The notes: generated by a model not told the origin, from the letters alone. Counted from the first letter of the stretch, positions 10,839 through 20,974 are shown. The stretch is DNA of 64,000 nucleotides from an uncultured Haemophilus sp. (GCF_905205995.1 NZ_CAJLFU010000001.1); one strand, 5' to 3'. A program made the numbers and translations.

Positions 10839-13082
10839 ATGAATTTTAAATTAAGCCTCATTTCAACCGCACTTTTAACCAGTTTTTCCATTTCTACGTT
10901 TGCAGAAACTGAGCAGGCCGTAGATACAAATACCGAGACGCTTGAGCAAATTAACGTTCAAGATACAGGGATTAAACAAAATGGTTACCAAACGACGGGG
11001 ACATCTGTCGTATCAAAAGCTGAAGTGCCAGTATTCGACACGCCAAACACAGTAAATATTCTTTCAACTAAACTACTAGAAGATCGCAAACCTGAATCAC
11101 TCATTGATGCACTTTATAACGTCAGTGGTGTGAGTCAAGCGAATACGTTAGGTGGTATGTTTGACTCTATTCAAAAACGTGGTTTTGGTGGAAACCGTGA
11201 CAACTCAATTATGCGTAACGGTTTACAAGCTGGCCCCGCTAAAAACTTTAGCGCGACAACTGAAACCGTTGAAGTTTTAAAAGGTCCTGCATCTGTACTT
11301 TATGGTATTCAAGATCCAGGTGGTGTAGTTAATATCATTACTAAAAAACCACAACAAACGCCACGTTATGTCGTTGGTGGAACCTTAGGTAATCATAGCC
11401 TGTGGGGAACGCAATTAGATTTTACTGGTGGCTTAGGAAATGGTTTTGCTTACCGCTTTATCTATGACAAACAAGAAAAAGATTACTGGCGTAATTTTGG
11501 CAAAGTGAAAAATACGACTTACGCCCCTTCTCTTTCTTGGGAAAATGATAAAACTAAAGTGCTTCTTTCTTATGAACACAAAGATATTCTTGAACCATTT
11601 GATCGTGGTACAAATCTTTTAACGGCAACCAATGCCTTACCGGATATTCCTGCATCGCGTCGTTTAGATGAACCCAATAATGAAACAACCGCAAAAACCG
11701 ATAATATTGATTTCAAAATTGAACACAAATTAAGTGACGGTTGGAAATTAAATGCGGGTTATAGCTATGCTCGTTACAAATATTTCTACGACCAAGCTCG
11801 TATTACAAATATTAACGTCACAGATGTTGCTATCCCTGCAGTGAAAAATAAAAAAGGCGAGATTACCTCTCCTGCATTAAGTGCACGTCATGTACGCCGA
11901 GAGATTGAACAGCAACAAGGTGACCAGCGTGTTCATAGTGGCACATTAAATATTGTCGGTGAATTTGGTATTGGTGATATTGCTAACCGCTTTGTAGCGG
12001 GTATTGATGCAATGCGTAATATTCGTGATCTTGGTCCGATTTATAACAAAGGTATCATGAATTCGGATATTAATATTGATAATCCAAACTATACCAGCCC
12101 TGTTGCGGAACATAAAAATGGTAACGGCAACGCCTACCAATATAACTATCTCAAAACTGTTGGGATTTATATTCAAGATACCGCCTACTTTACCGATAAC
12201 TTTATTATGACAGGTGGTTTACGTTATGAGTATTTTGATCAATTTGCAGGACGTCATTGTTTAAATGCGGCAAACTGTAAAAAAGGTCAAAATCTAACAA
12301 AAACCGGAAATACCGATCAGCATGATGGTAAATTATTGTATCAATTAGGTGCCGTATATAAATTTACGCCACATATTGCGACCTTTGCAAACTACTCCGA
12401 ATCTTTCCGTCCACAAATGAGTGTGGCAACACCTGTTAGCGGCGATTTAAAACCAGAACAAGGTAAATCTTTTGAAATTGGTGCAAAATACGAAAACTCA
12501 GGCTTTAATGCGACACTTGCATTATTCAATATTACCAAACGTAATGTGGCTGAGGCTGTTGGTTCTGGTTCAAATGCGCAATTGAATATCGTCGGCAAAC
12601 AACGTTCTCGTGGTGTGGAATTTGATCTTAATGGTCAAATTACGGATAGTCTAAGCGTAGCGGCTAACTATACATACACCAAAGTAAAATCACTTGAAAA
12701 TGAACGTTATCCTGATGCGGTAAATCAACAACTTTCTGGTGTACCAAAACATCAAACTTCTCTATTCCTAGCTTATAACGTAGGTGAATTTGATTTTGGT
12801 AACATCCGTGTTGGTGGTGGTGCTCGTTATTTAGGTTCTTGGCATGCTTATAACAGTGATTACACAAAAGCATACAAATTACCTCATGCCGTGGTATATG
12901 ATGCCTTTATTGCTTACGATACCAAAATCTCTGGCAAGAAAGTCTCTTTCCAACTTAACGGTAAAAACTTAACAGATAAAACTTACTATCCATCTACCTC
13001 TGGTAACGCAACAAATACGTTAATCCCTGTTGCATTAGGTTATGGACGTGAATTTATCTTCAACACGAAAGTTGAGTTTTAA
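10839..13082 (+). CDS. TonB-dependent outer-membrane receptor, YddB-like
   Basis: Signal peptide; TonB-box-like TLEQINVQ; plug plus 22-strand barrel length (747 aa); terminal Phe. The downstream YddA-like ABC reproduces the E. coli yddB-yddA arrangement. Confidence 0.85.
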   Translation: MNFKLSLISTALLTSFSISTFAETEQAVDTNTETLEQINVQDTGIKQNGYQTTGTSVVSKAEVPVFDTPNTVNILSTKLLEDRKPESLIDALYNVSGVSQANTLGGMFDSIQKRGFGGNRDNSIMRNGLQAGPAKNFSATTETVEVLKGPASVLYGIQDPGGVVNIITKKPQQTPRYVVGGTLGNHSLWGTQLDFTGGLGNGFAYRFIYDKQEKDYWRNFGKVKNTTYAPSLSWENDKTKVLLSYEHKDILEPFDRGTNLLTATNALPDIPASRRLDEPNNETTAKTDNIDFKIEHKLSDGWKLNAGYSYARYKYFYDQARITNINVTDVAIPAVKNKKGEITSPALSARHVRREIEQQQGDQRVHSGTLNIVGEFGIGDIANRFVAGIDAMRNIRDLGPIYNKGIMNSDINIDNPNYTSPVAEHKNGNGNAYQYNYLKTVGIYIQDTAYFTDNFIMTGGLRYEYFDQFAGRHCLNAANCKKGQNLTKTGNTDQHDGKLLYQLGAVYKFTPHIATFANYSESFRPQMSVATPVSGDLKPEQGKSFEIGAKYENSGFNATLALFNITKRNVAEAVGSGSNAQLNIVGKQRSRGVEFDLNGQITDSLSVAANYTYTKVKSLENERYPDAVNQQLSGVPKHQTSLFLAYNVGEFDFGNIRVGGGARYLGSWHAYNSDYTKAYKLPHAVVYDAFIAYDTKISGKKVSFQLNGKNLTDKTYYPSTSGNATNTLIPVALGYGREFIFNTKVEF

Positions 13083-13097
13083 TTGAGCGCACAATAT

Positions 13098-13125
13098 GAG
13101 GGCGAATATTTCGCCCTTTTTTCGT
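13098..13125 (+). terminator. intergenic hairpin terminator/attenuator between the receptor and ABC gene
   Basis: Hairpin gggcgaaat/atttcgccc followed by tttttt. Confidence 0.45.
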
Positions 13126-13146
13126 TTTTTACTTTATGGATAATCA

Positions 13147-14907
13147 ATGAATTGGCAAACTGAACTTAACTCAAGTTTAAGCTGGATTTTGACCGCACTT
13201 TTCTGGGTGATTTTATGCTTTAGCGTGGTGATGATAGCACTAAAGCAAACTACATTCGGTCAGAAGTTTTGGCATATTGCATCCCCTTCGATTAATCGCC
13301 GTAACAGCATCAAAATCATCGTTATGCTATTGGTGTTGTTTACCATGATTTTGTTAGAAGTGCGTTTCAGCGTACTCAACTCTTTTTTCTATAATGGGCT
13401 TTATAGCTCAATGCAGGAATTAGATGCGGATAAGTTTTGGTTCTTTGCAAAACTGAATGCACTCTTAGTATTGGTACAAGTCATCCACTCCATCGCCGAT
13501 TATTTCTTGCAACAAGTATTTGAAATCCGTTGGTTGGAAAGCTTGAATAAAGTCCTTGTTAAGCGATGGTTAGAAAATAAAAAATACTATCGCCTCAAAT
13601 ACGAAAAAGATCTGCCCGATAATATTGATCAACGTATTGAACAAGATGCACGTGAATTTATCAGTAGCACCGTCAAAATTGTGCGCGGTATGATTAATTC
13701 GATTTTGACTACCATTGAATTCACTATTATTCTTTGGTCACTTTCTGGAATATTAAGTCTTTTTGGCTTGAATATCGAAAAAGGCGTCGTTTTCTTTATT
13801 TATGCCTTTATTATCCTCGCAACGTTAATGTCCGTTTGGATTGGTCATCCGTTGATCAAGCTGAACTTTAACAAAGAAAAACTCAATGGTGACTACCGTT
13901 ATTCTTTAATTCGAGTACGAGATAATGCTGAAAGTATTGCATTCTATCAAGGTGAACAACAAGAACAGCATTTACTGAAAAACAAATTTGCCGAAATTAT
14001 TCATAACCGTTGGGCAATTGTGTTGAGAATGCTGGGACTAGACGGCTTTAATGGAAGCGTCACGCGTGTTGCGAAACTCTTACCGTTAATGCTGCAAGCG
14101 CCTCGTTTTTTCACTGGACAAATCAAATTAGGCGATATGCACCAAACTGTGCAAGCATTTAACCGATTAATGACCGCACTTTCCTTCTTCCGTTTGTTCT
14201 ATGAAGAATTTACGCTCTACCAAGCGCGTTTAAATCGTCTTTATGGTTTTATGACCAAGTTGGATGAATTAGATCATTCAAAGGTTCATCAACCCATGAA
14301 ATGTTCTAACCGTGTTGCATTGTCAAATTTTGGTATTAAAGATGAGCAAGGCAGATTGTTGCTGAATAACTTAAATATTGAATTAAAAAATGGTGATGCT
14401 TTATTAATTCAAGGTCCATCAGGCACAGGGAAAACATCTCTATTAAAAGCGATGGCGGGGATTTATCCTTTTGAGACAGTTGGTCTGGTGGAACATCCTT
14501 GTGTGACCAGTTTATTCTTACCGCAACGTCCTTATATGCCACAAGGCACATTACGTGAAGCAATTTGCTATCCTGATATTGATCCTTATCATCCTGAATT
14601 GGAAAAAACACTGACTGATTGCTGTTTTGATAAATACCTTCATAGTCTTGATGTAGATAACGATTGGCAAGCGATTTTGTCACCGGGTGAATTGCAGCGT
14701 GTGGCATTTATTCGGATTTTACTGACGAAGCCTGAAGTGGTCTTTTTAGATGAAACCACATCAGCTCTTGATGAGCCGACCGAGTACCTGCTTTATAAAA
14801 CAATTAAAAAGCGCTTACCGAATATGATCATTCTAAGTGTCGGCCATCGTGGTACATTACATCAATTCCATAATAAACAATTGGATTTGGCAGTCTGCAT
14901 CGTATAA
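13147..14907 (+). CDS. fused permease-ATPase ABC transporter, YddA/SbmA-like (ABCD-type)
   Basis: N-terminal 6-TM domain. Walker A GPSGTGKTS; signature LSPGELQRVAFIRIL; Walker B VVFLDETTSALD. 586 aa. Confidence 0.8.
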   Translation: MNWQTELNSSLSWILTALFWVILCFSVVMIALKQTTFGQKFWHIASPSINRRNSIKIIVMLLVLFTMILLEVRFSVLNSFFYNGLYSSMQELDADKFWFFAKLNALLVLVQVIHSIADYFLQQVFEIRWLESLNKVLVKRWLENKKYYRLKYEKDLPDNIDQRIEQDAREFISSTVKIVRGMINSILTTIEFTIILWSLSGILSLFGLNIEKGVVFFIYAFIILATLMSVWIGHPLIKLNFNKEKLNGDYRYSLIRVRDNAESIAFYQGEQQEQHLLKNKFAEIIHNRWAIVLRMLGLDGFNGSVTRVAKLLPLMLQAPRFFTGQIKLGDMHQTVQAFNRLMTALSFFRLFYEEFTLYQARLNRLYGFMTKLDELDHSKVHQPMKCSNRVALSNFGIKDEQGRLLLNNLNIELKNGDALLIQGPSGTGKTSLLKAMAGIYPFETVGLVEHPCVTSLFLPQRPYMPQGTLREAICYPDIDPYHPELEKTLTDCCFDKYLHSLDVDNDWQAILSPGELQRVAFIRILLTKPEVVFLDETTSALDEPTEYLLYKTIKKRLPNMIILSVGHRGTLHQFHNKQLDLAVCIV

Positions 14908-14911
14908 ATAA

Positions 14912-14946
14912 CAAAAGGCTAAATTATATTTAGCCTTTTCTTTTTA
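14912..14946 (+). terminator. intrinsic terminator after the yddA-like gene
   Basis: Hairpin aaaaggctaaat-tatat-ttagcctttt followed by ttttt. Confidence 0.5.
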
Positions 14947-15041
14947 CTACGCCCGTACAATTGCTTAGAACGTGCACAATGCTTGCTACACACCCCAATC
15001 CCCCCTATAATTTCCCCAATTTTTCTAATTTCATTTTCACA

Positions 15042-16565
15042 ATGTCAAATAAAACCATTGCTAAAAATACACTATTTCTTTACATCCGAATGCTCTTCAA
15101 TATGGGAGCGATGCTGTATATCTCTCGTGTGGTATTACAGGTTTTGGGTGTGGAAGATTTTGGTATCTACAACATTGTGATGGGTGTCGTGGTCTTATTT
15201 TCCTTTTTTAATGGCACAATGACCGCCACCACCCAGCGTTTTATTAACGTAGAAAAAGCCTCGAATGACATTCAACGTGTCAATAAAGTCTTTAATATTA
15301 GTATCTTAAATCACCTACTCATTATTCTTATCGTATTAGTGTTAGCTGAAACCGTAGGTTTATGGTTTTTAAATCACAAATTGGTGATCCCCGCTGAACG
15401 CTTGCAAGCTGCGAACATTGTTTACCAATTGGCATTAATTATTGCCCTTGTTGAAATCATCAAGGTGCCATTCAATGCCATGATTGTTGCACACGAAAAA
15501 ATGGGATTCTATGCGTGGTTGGGATTAGGTGAAACCATCTTAAAACTGACTTCTGTCTTTATCTTAAGTCATATCACACATTACGATAAGTTGATTACTT
15601 ATGGTTGCTTATTGCTTTCAGTCAGTTTAATCGTGCTCTCTCTTTATGTGTTATTCACTAAATATTATTTCAAAGAGGCTGCACGTTTCCGCTTATATAA
15701 AGATTTAAGCAAAACTAAAGAAATGGTGAGTTTTTCAGGTTGGATGCTTATGGGACAAGTTGCCTATGTAGGTTCGACCCAAGGCTTGAATATGGTATCT
15801 AACTTATTCTTTGGTGTCGCAGTCAACGCCGCTGTCGCTATTGCGACTCAGGTAGAAGGTGCTGTTTATAGCTTTGTGAATAATTTCCAAATGGCAGCTA
15901 ATCCGCAGTTGGTTCAGTCTTATGCCGCAAAAGATTACGATCGCAATCGCCAATTAATTCTTGGTATTTCAAAATATTCACTTTATTTAATGGCGATTCT
16001 CTCTGCGCCTGTATTGTATTTCACCCATACCTTACTGACATTTTGGTTAGGCGATCATCTTCCTCAATATACTGAACAACTTGTACAAGCCATTATTGCT
16101 TGCTTATTAATCAGTGCAATGGCTGGTGCATTTTGGATGAGTGCATTAGCGATTGGCACATCCACTGTAAAACAATACAATATCATCGTAGCGTTAATTG
16201 ATCTTTGTACGGTACCATTGGCTTATTATTTGTTCACACTAGGTTATAATCCAGTATTTGCCTTTGTGGGTAAATTTAGTACGATGGTCATCTCACAAAT
16301 CTATCGATTATATTTTATTAATAAAAAAATTAAATTTAACCAAAAAGAATTTGTCTCATATTTAGTGAATGTCGGCGTGGTGTTTGGCCTGCTATTAGGT
16401 ATCATCTATATATCCGATACTACCCGCAGTTATTCTTTATTGGAATTTATTGGACAATCCATCATCTTAGAAATGGTATTAATCTGTGTCATTTTAATCT
16501 TTGGATTAAACACAGCAGAAAAAAATTTCTTGTTTAGCTATTTAAAGAAAAGAGTAAAAAAATGA
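15042..16565 (+). CDS. Wzx-like polysaccharide/oligosaccharide flippase (Polysacc_synt family)
   Basis: The ORF opens at 14961, but the likely start is MSNKTIAK. About 12-14 TM segments. The N-terminal region resembles WzxC/RfbX (…LYISRVVLQVLGVEDFGIYNIV…). Confidence 0.65.
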   Translation: MSNKTIAKNTLFLYIRMLFNMGAMLYISRVVLQVLGVEDFGIYNIVMGVVVLFSFFNGTMTATTQRFINVEKASNDIQRVNKVFNISILNHLLIILIVLVLAETVGLWFLNHKLVIPAERLQAANIVYQLALIIALVEIIKVPFNAMIVAHEKMGFYAWLGLGETILKLTSVFILSHITHYDKLITYGCLLLSVSLIVLSLYVLFTKYYFKEAARFRLYKDLSKTKEMVSFSGWMLMGQVAYVGSTQGLNMVSNLFFGVAVNAAVAIATQVEGAVYSFVNNFQMAANPQLVQSYAAKDYDRNRQLILGISKYSLYLMAILSAPVLYFTHTLLTFWLGDHLPQYTEQLVQAIIACLLISAMAGAFWMSALAIGTSTVKQYNIIVALIDLCTVPLAYYLFTLGYNPVFAFVGKFSTMVISQIYRLYFINKKIKFNQKEFVSYLVNVGVVFGLLLGIIYISDTTRSYSLLEFIGQSIILEMVLICVILIFGLNTAEKNFLFSYLKKRVKK

Positions 16566-17518
16566 ATCAACTCCTTATTGATTTAAAAAACAAACTGAAT
16601 CCTATTGTCGAACTAATCAAAGATAAAAACGACGTATTTTATTTTGACTATCCGCTTCATTTAAATGTGGGCGATTTATTGATTTATCACGGAACCGAGC
16701 AATTTTTTAAAGATCACCACATTAATGTGACCTTAAAACGCTGTGAATACGATTTAGATCTTGCAGAAGTCAAAGCAAAAATCACACCAAACACCACCAT
16801 TCTTTTACATGGTGGCGGTAACTTTGGCGATCTTTATCCACAGCATCAAAAAATCCGCGAAGAAATGGTGACGCATTTCCCGAATAATCGCATTATTGTG
16901 TTGCCACAAACTGCTTATTTTAAGCACGAAGAAAATCTACAAAAATCAGCTGCACTTTTCCGTAACCACGGTGATTGCCATTTACTGGCTCGTGACGAAA
17001 GAACAGCGAATTTATTTGCCCAATTTTCAAATCATGTTTATTTGTCACCGGACATGGCTCATCAACTTTATGGCACCATGGAAACGAAGCAAGGCACAAC
17101 GGGTGAACAACTTTACTTCTTACGTAAAGATATTGAAGCAAGTGATGTAGAAAAAAATATCTTAGCGCAACTGCCCGCTAACAGTAATGTAAAAGACTGG
17201 GAAGACATTCTTTCAACAGAAGATGATGTGGTTTTAGCATTAAGTTGGCGAATGAGTAAAATGGCCAATAAATTTGGCTTAGGTTGGCTGAAAGATCTTT
17301 GCCATCAATTCTGGTATGCCTATACTCAACGCATTGTAAAACGTGTTGCGCAAGTATTCTTAGCGAACGACAAAGTGACCACTACTCGCTTACATGGTCA
17401 TATTTTCTCTTGCTTGCTAGAAATTCCAAATCGTGTTTGCGATAACTCTTATGGCAAAAATAGTAGCTATGCGAAATTATGGACAAAAGAGCTAGATTTC
17501 GTTGAATTGGATAAATAA
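16562..17518 (+). CDS. polysaccharide pyruvyl transferase (WcaK/CsaB family)
   Basis: Motifs HLNVGDLLIYHG and HGGGNFGDLYP are typical of PF04230. It overlaps the flippase by 4 nt (ATGA). Confidence 0.65.
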   Translation: MNQLLIDLKNKLNPIVELIKDKNDVFYFDYPLHLNVGDLLIYHGTEQFFKDHHINVTLKRCEYDLDLAEVKAKITPNTTILLHGGGNFGDLYPQHQKIREEMVTHFPNNRIIVLPQTAYFKHEENLQKSAALFRNHGDCHLLARDERTANLFAQFSNHVYLSPDMAHQLYGTMETKQGTTGEQLYFLRKDIEASDVEKNILAQLPANSNVKDWEDILSTEDDVVLALSWRMSKMANKFGLGWLKDLCHQFWYAYTQRIVKRVAQVFLANDKVTTTRLHGHIFSCLLEIPNRVCDNSYGKNSSYAKLWTKELDFVELDK

Positions 17519-18261
17519 TGTTTGAATTAAAAAAACTCATTACCGCTATGATTCTTCCCCCATTTAATATTTTAATTTTGTGGGGGCTGTCTCTTATTCT
17601 AGCTAAATTCAATTTTAAAAAATTAAGCCGAATTTCAACCGCACTTGGTTTCTCACTACTCTATCTTTTAAGCATTCCCTACACTGCACAAGTACTTAAA
17701 GATAGTCTCATCACTGAAGATCATTTAACACTGCAAGATTACCAACAAGCTCAAGCGATCGTTTTACTTGGCGGTGGCTTGCGTGATAGCAAAGAACTTT
17801 ACGCACCATTAGCTTCAACGGGTATTCAACTTGAACGCTTACGTTATGCTGCTTTCTTACAAAAAGAAACCCACTTGCCATTATTAATTACAGGGGCAAG
17901 TCCAACAGGTGCTATTGAAGCAAAAATCGCCGCAGAAGAGCTCCAAAACTTCTTCAATGTGCCAACCAAATGGATTGAACCTAAAGCCCTTACCACCAAA
18001 GAAAACGCCCTTTTCACCAAACAAATATTGGAAAAAGAAGGTATTCATAAAATTATTTTAGTCACTAATGAATGGCATATGCAACGTGCAAAATTATTAT
18101 TCCAACAACAAGGCTTTGATGTGTTACCTGCAAGTGTAGGTGAAGGCATTACGCCCGACAGCTACGGACTCAATATGATGCATTTTATTCCGCAAGGTGG
18201 CGCAATTACGAAAAATATGCAATTACTCAAAGAGTGGATTGGATATTGGAAAGAGCGCTAA
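17518..18261 (+). CDS. elyC: envelope biogenesis factor ElyC (DUF218)
   Basis: Collinear similarity to E. coli ElyC/YcbC: N-terminal TM segment, VLLGGG motif, ...LVTNEWHMQRA... It overlaps the pyruvyl transferase by 1 nt (TAATG). Confidence 0.75.
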   Translation: MFELKKLITAMILPPFNILILWGLSLILAKFNFKKLSRISTALGFSLLYLLSIPYTAQVLKDSLITEDHLTLQDYQQAQAIVLLGGGLRDSKELYAPLASTGIQLERLRYAAFLQKETHLPLLITGASPTGAIEAKIAAEELQNFFNVPTKWIEPKALTTKENALFTKQILEKEGIHKIILVTNEWHMQRAKLLFQQQGFDVLPASVGEGITPDSYGLNMMHFIPQGGAITKNMQLLKEWIGYWKER

Positions 18262-18309
18262 AGTGCGGTCAAAAGATTACAAATTAGATAATGTTAAGAG
18301 GAAGAAAAC

Positions 18310-18972
18310 ATGAGTCAAATTACACGCGAACAAATGCTTCAAGTATTCGAAAATCGCTGTTCAACACGTTATTACGATCCGAATAAAAAAATTAGCCAAG
18401 AAGATTTCGCAGCAATTTTAGAATTTGCTCGTTTATCACCAAGCTCAGTCGGTTCTGAGCCATGGAAGTTCTTAGTTATTCAAAATAAAGCATTACGCGA
18501 TAAGCTCAAACCTTTTAGCTGGGGCATGCAATATCAATTAGATGATTGTAGTCATTTAGTGATCATTCTTGCGAAGAAAAATGCTCGATATGACACGCCT
18601 TTCTTCCGTGATGTGGCGGTGCGTAGAGGTTTACAAGGTGAGCAGTTAGAAAAAGCCTTGGAAAAATATAAAGGCTTACAAGAAGTTGAAATGAAAACCG
18701 CAGAAAGCGAGCGTGCATTATTTGACTGGACAAGCAAACAAACCTACATCGCATTAGCGAATATGCTAACTGGTGCTGCCGCTATTGGTGTAGATTCTTG
18801 CCCGATTGAAGGCTTTAACTACGATAAAATGAATGAAGTTTTAGCCGCTGAAGGACTCTTTGATCCAAGTGAATGGGGCGTATCCGTGGCAGCAACATTT
18901 GGTTATCGTGCGAGACACATTACTAAAAAATCTCGTCGACCAATTGAAGAAATCGTCACTTGGGTTGAATAA
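18310..18972 (+). CDS. oxygen-insensitive NAD(P)H nitroreductase (NfsB/NfnB family)
   Basis: ...FARLSPSSVGSEPWKFLVIQ... and the C-terminal region match the NfsB fold; 220 aa. Confidence 0.8.
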   Translation: MSQITREQMLQVFENRCSTRYYDPNKKISQEDFAAILEFARLSPSSVGSEPWKFLVIQNKALRDKLKPFSWGMQYQLDDCSHLVIILAKKNARYDTPFFRDVAVRRGLQGEQLEKALEKYKGLQEVEMKTAESERALFDWTSKQTYIALANMLTGAAAIGVDSCPIEGFNYDKMNEVLAAEGLFDPSEWGVSVAATFGYRARHITKKSRRPIEEIVTWVE

Positions 18973-19013
18973 TCCATTTTCAAATAAATGGGCAGCAAAC
19001 GCTGCCCTTTTCT

Positions 19014-19991
19014 TTATCCACCGAATAAGGCTGCGCCACCTGTTACAGCCCCCATAGTGCCATATAACAAGCTTAGTGCAAAAAATATCATAATCGCACC
19101 CGCAATACATTTGATCATCGCCTCGCCTTTTTGATTAGAACCCGCTAAACCATACCAATGGCCTAAGCGAGTTGCTACATTTCTCGCATAGCGTACTAAC
19201 GCTGCAAAAAGCGAAAGCATTAATCCTGTCCCCAAAGACATGGCAAAAGTAGCTAAAATTCCCCACCAATACAGATCCAACATATAAGCGAGAAAAAGCA
19301 CAAAAATGGCGCCACTACACGGTCGCATACCAATGGTTAAAATCACTAAGAGTTGAGATTTTACATCACCCGATTGCTTAAGCTGTTGATGATTGGGTAG
19401 GTGTTGATGTCCACAACTACATTGCGCTTGGCTTGCTTTTCCTTGCTCATATCGAAATGGTGAAGCTGTTCCAATCTGTTTCGGCAATGATTGGATTGAT
19501 GTAATACGAAAAGATTGTTTTTTCTTCAAGCCTTTTAAACCTTGAGCAATCCAATAAAGTCCTAATAACAATAATAAAATGAGTGCGCTACGTTCCAGCC
19601 ATAGCTGACTAAGTTTAAAATATTTAGAGGAAAGATTAAGTATGACAACCACAATAGAGGTTGCTGCAACTGCGACAAAACCTTGCATGAGAGAGGAAAG
19701 TAAACTTAAGCGTACACTGGTTTTAAGCTGGCTTTCGTGAGTAGAAAGATAACCAGCGATAATAAATTTCCCATGCCCAGGCCCTAATGCATGTAATACA
19801 CCATAAGAAAAGGCGGCAAAAATCAACCACAATCCTGCTGTAGATGAATGTGCTTGAATTTGGTGTAGATTTTCAGAAATCAGCTGATTAAAAGCTTTTT
19901 GCCAATCGGCTACTTGTACAAAAAGCCAAGGTAACAAGGCGAAAATAATCGCTAATAAGCCGATAAAAAGTGCGCTCAATTTTAACTTCAT
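19014..19991 (-). CDS. NicO/RcnA-like metal (Ni/Co/Zn) transporter permease
   Basis: Signature HALGPGHGK. Cys/His-rich cytoplasmic loop CSCGHQHLPNHQQ. About 6-8 TM segments. Confidence 0.7.
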   Translation of the reverse strand: MKLKLSALFIGLLAIIFALLPWLFVQVADWQKAFNQLISENLHQIQAHSSTAGLWLIFAAFSYGVLHALGPGHGKFIIAGYLSTHESQLKTSVRLSLLSSLMQGFVAVAATSIVVVILNLSSKYFKLSQLWLERSALILLLLLGLYWIAQGLKGLKKKQSFRITSIQSLPKQIGTASPFRYEQGKASQAQCSCGHQHLPNHQQLKQSGDVKSQLLVILTIGMRPCSGAIFVLFLAYMLDLYWWGILATFAMSLGTGLMLSLFAALVRYARNVATRLGHWYGLAGSNQKGEAMIKCIAGAIMIFFALSLLYGTMGAVTGGAALFGG

Positions 19992-19994
19992 TTT

Positions 19995-20627
19995 TTATTC
20001 ACATTTAATTTTTACTTTCTGTGCAAACAATACACCAAGTGAATCATCTTCATTTTTTTGAGATTTATCCAATGATGAAGCGTAGGATTTAATTTTTTCA
20101 TCGACATTAGGTTCGAGCACTTCCCCTTTGCAGTTTGCAGGAAGTGCTGAAAAATCAACCGCTCTTTTACCTATTTCAGTATAACGCATTGCCACATAAT
20201 AAGTGCTGTCATAAGTCATCAGCGTAAATTCATTATTTTGCAAAGTCTGTGGTTGTGCCAAAAGAAAATCAAAATAATATTCCACCTCATTCCCTTTAAC
20301 ACGCATGCCATAATTTTCAGGCTGTTTTTTATATTTAATTTTGTGATTTTCTTTATCAAAAACATAACTAAAGTAATGTTCATTCACAACGTTTGCCATT
20401 ACCTCATCAACTAATTTCTGCTGAGCAGCTTTATCCCCTTTCGTCTGCATCATGTCATACAATACGGCTGAAGAACTGGCTTCATCCAGTAACCATTGGG
20501 TCGAAAAACCAATTAATTGATTATCTTTCACTAAGGGTTTGGTTTGCATATCAATAAAGGCATGAGGATGTGCGAGAACCGAAAAAGGAGAAATTAGCGA
20601 TAATCCAAAGAGTAATTTTTTAAACAT
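19995..20627 (-). CDS. DUF1007 periplasmic protein, partner of the NicO-like permease
   Basis: The signal peptide is followed by AHPHAFIDMQT, the hallmark start of DUF1007. It sits 3 bp upstream of the permease on the same strand. Confidence 0.65.
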   Translation of the reverse strand: MFKKLLFGLSLISPFSVLAHPHAFIDMQTKPLVKDNQLIGFSTQWLLDEASSSAVLYDMMQTKGDKAAQQKLVDEVMANVVNEHYFSYVFDKENHKIKYKKQPENYGMRVKGNEVEYYFDFLLAQPQTLQNNEFTLMTYDSTYYVAMRYTEIGKRAVDFSALPANCKGEVLEPNVDEKIKSYASSLDKSQKNEDDSLGVLFAQKVKIKCE

Positions 20628-20876
20628 AAATAAGAATAAAGTGGGCTAAATAATTGAATAGACAGATTTTATCACAAGCAGTTCCTAATCAAAATCGAAT
20701 AAAAATCGATCTAAACGTAAAAAATCCTGTGATTTTCTTGATTTGTATCAACAAATTATTCATTCGCATTTCCATTATAACTGAAATTTATGTACTATTT
20801 GTCTCGTCAAGTGATTGCTTGATATTCATAAAGTTCCTAAATAAAATAATCATAAATATAGCTAAACTACTTTCCT

Positions 20877-20903
20877 ACCACCCTATATGGGTGGTTTTTT
20901 TTG
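20877..20903 (+). terminator. orphan plus-strand intrinsic terminator in the DUF1007/ettA intergenic region
   Basis: Hairpin accaccc-tatat-gggtggt followed by tttttttt. No annotated plus-strand gene lies upstream. Confidence 0.4.
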
Positions 20904-20974
20904 CCTTTCAAATAGCTTATTCCCTAAACATCAAGTAAAATAGCCGCACTTTTATTCATAACATCGAGAAAATT

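Noticed and set aside
10594-13082. Possible tRNA-Val-associated genomic island
   Set aside because: There is no integrase, no phage or IS genes, and no direct repeat of the tRNA 3' end downstream. The next genes resemble the chromosomal yddBA pair.
16896-17612. Overlapping small ORFs within the pyruvyl transferase/elyC region: 16896-17150 (+), 16920-17141 (-) and 17382-17612 (-)
   Set aside because: They are alternative-frame or antisense ORFs within well-supported overlapping coding genes.
20654-20938. 94-aa plus-strand ORF in the DUF1007/ettA intergenic region
   Set aside because: It is AT-rich, low-complexity I/L/F/N-rich and has no RBS. It reads through a strong terminator hairpin. It is more likely promoter or leader DNA (see the sRNA finding).
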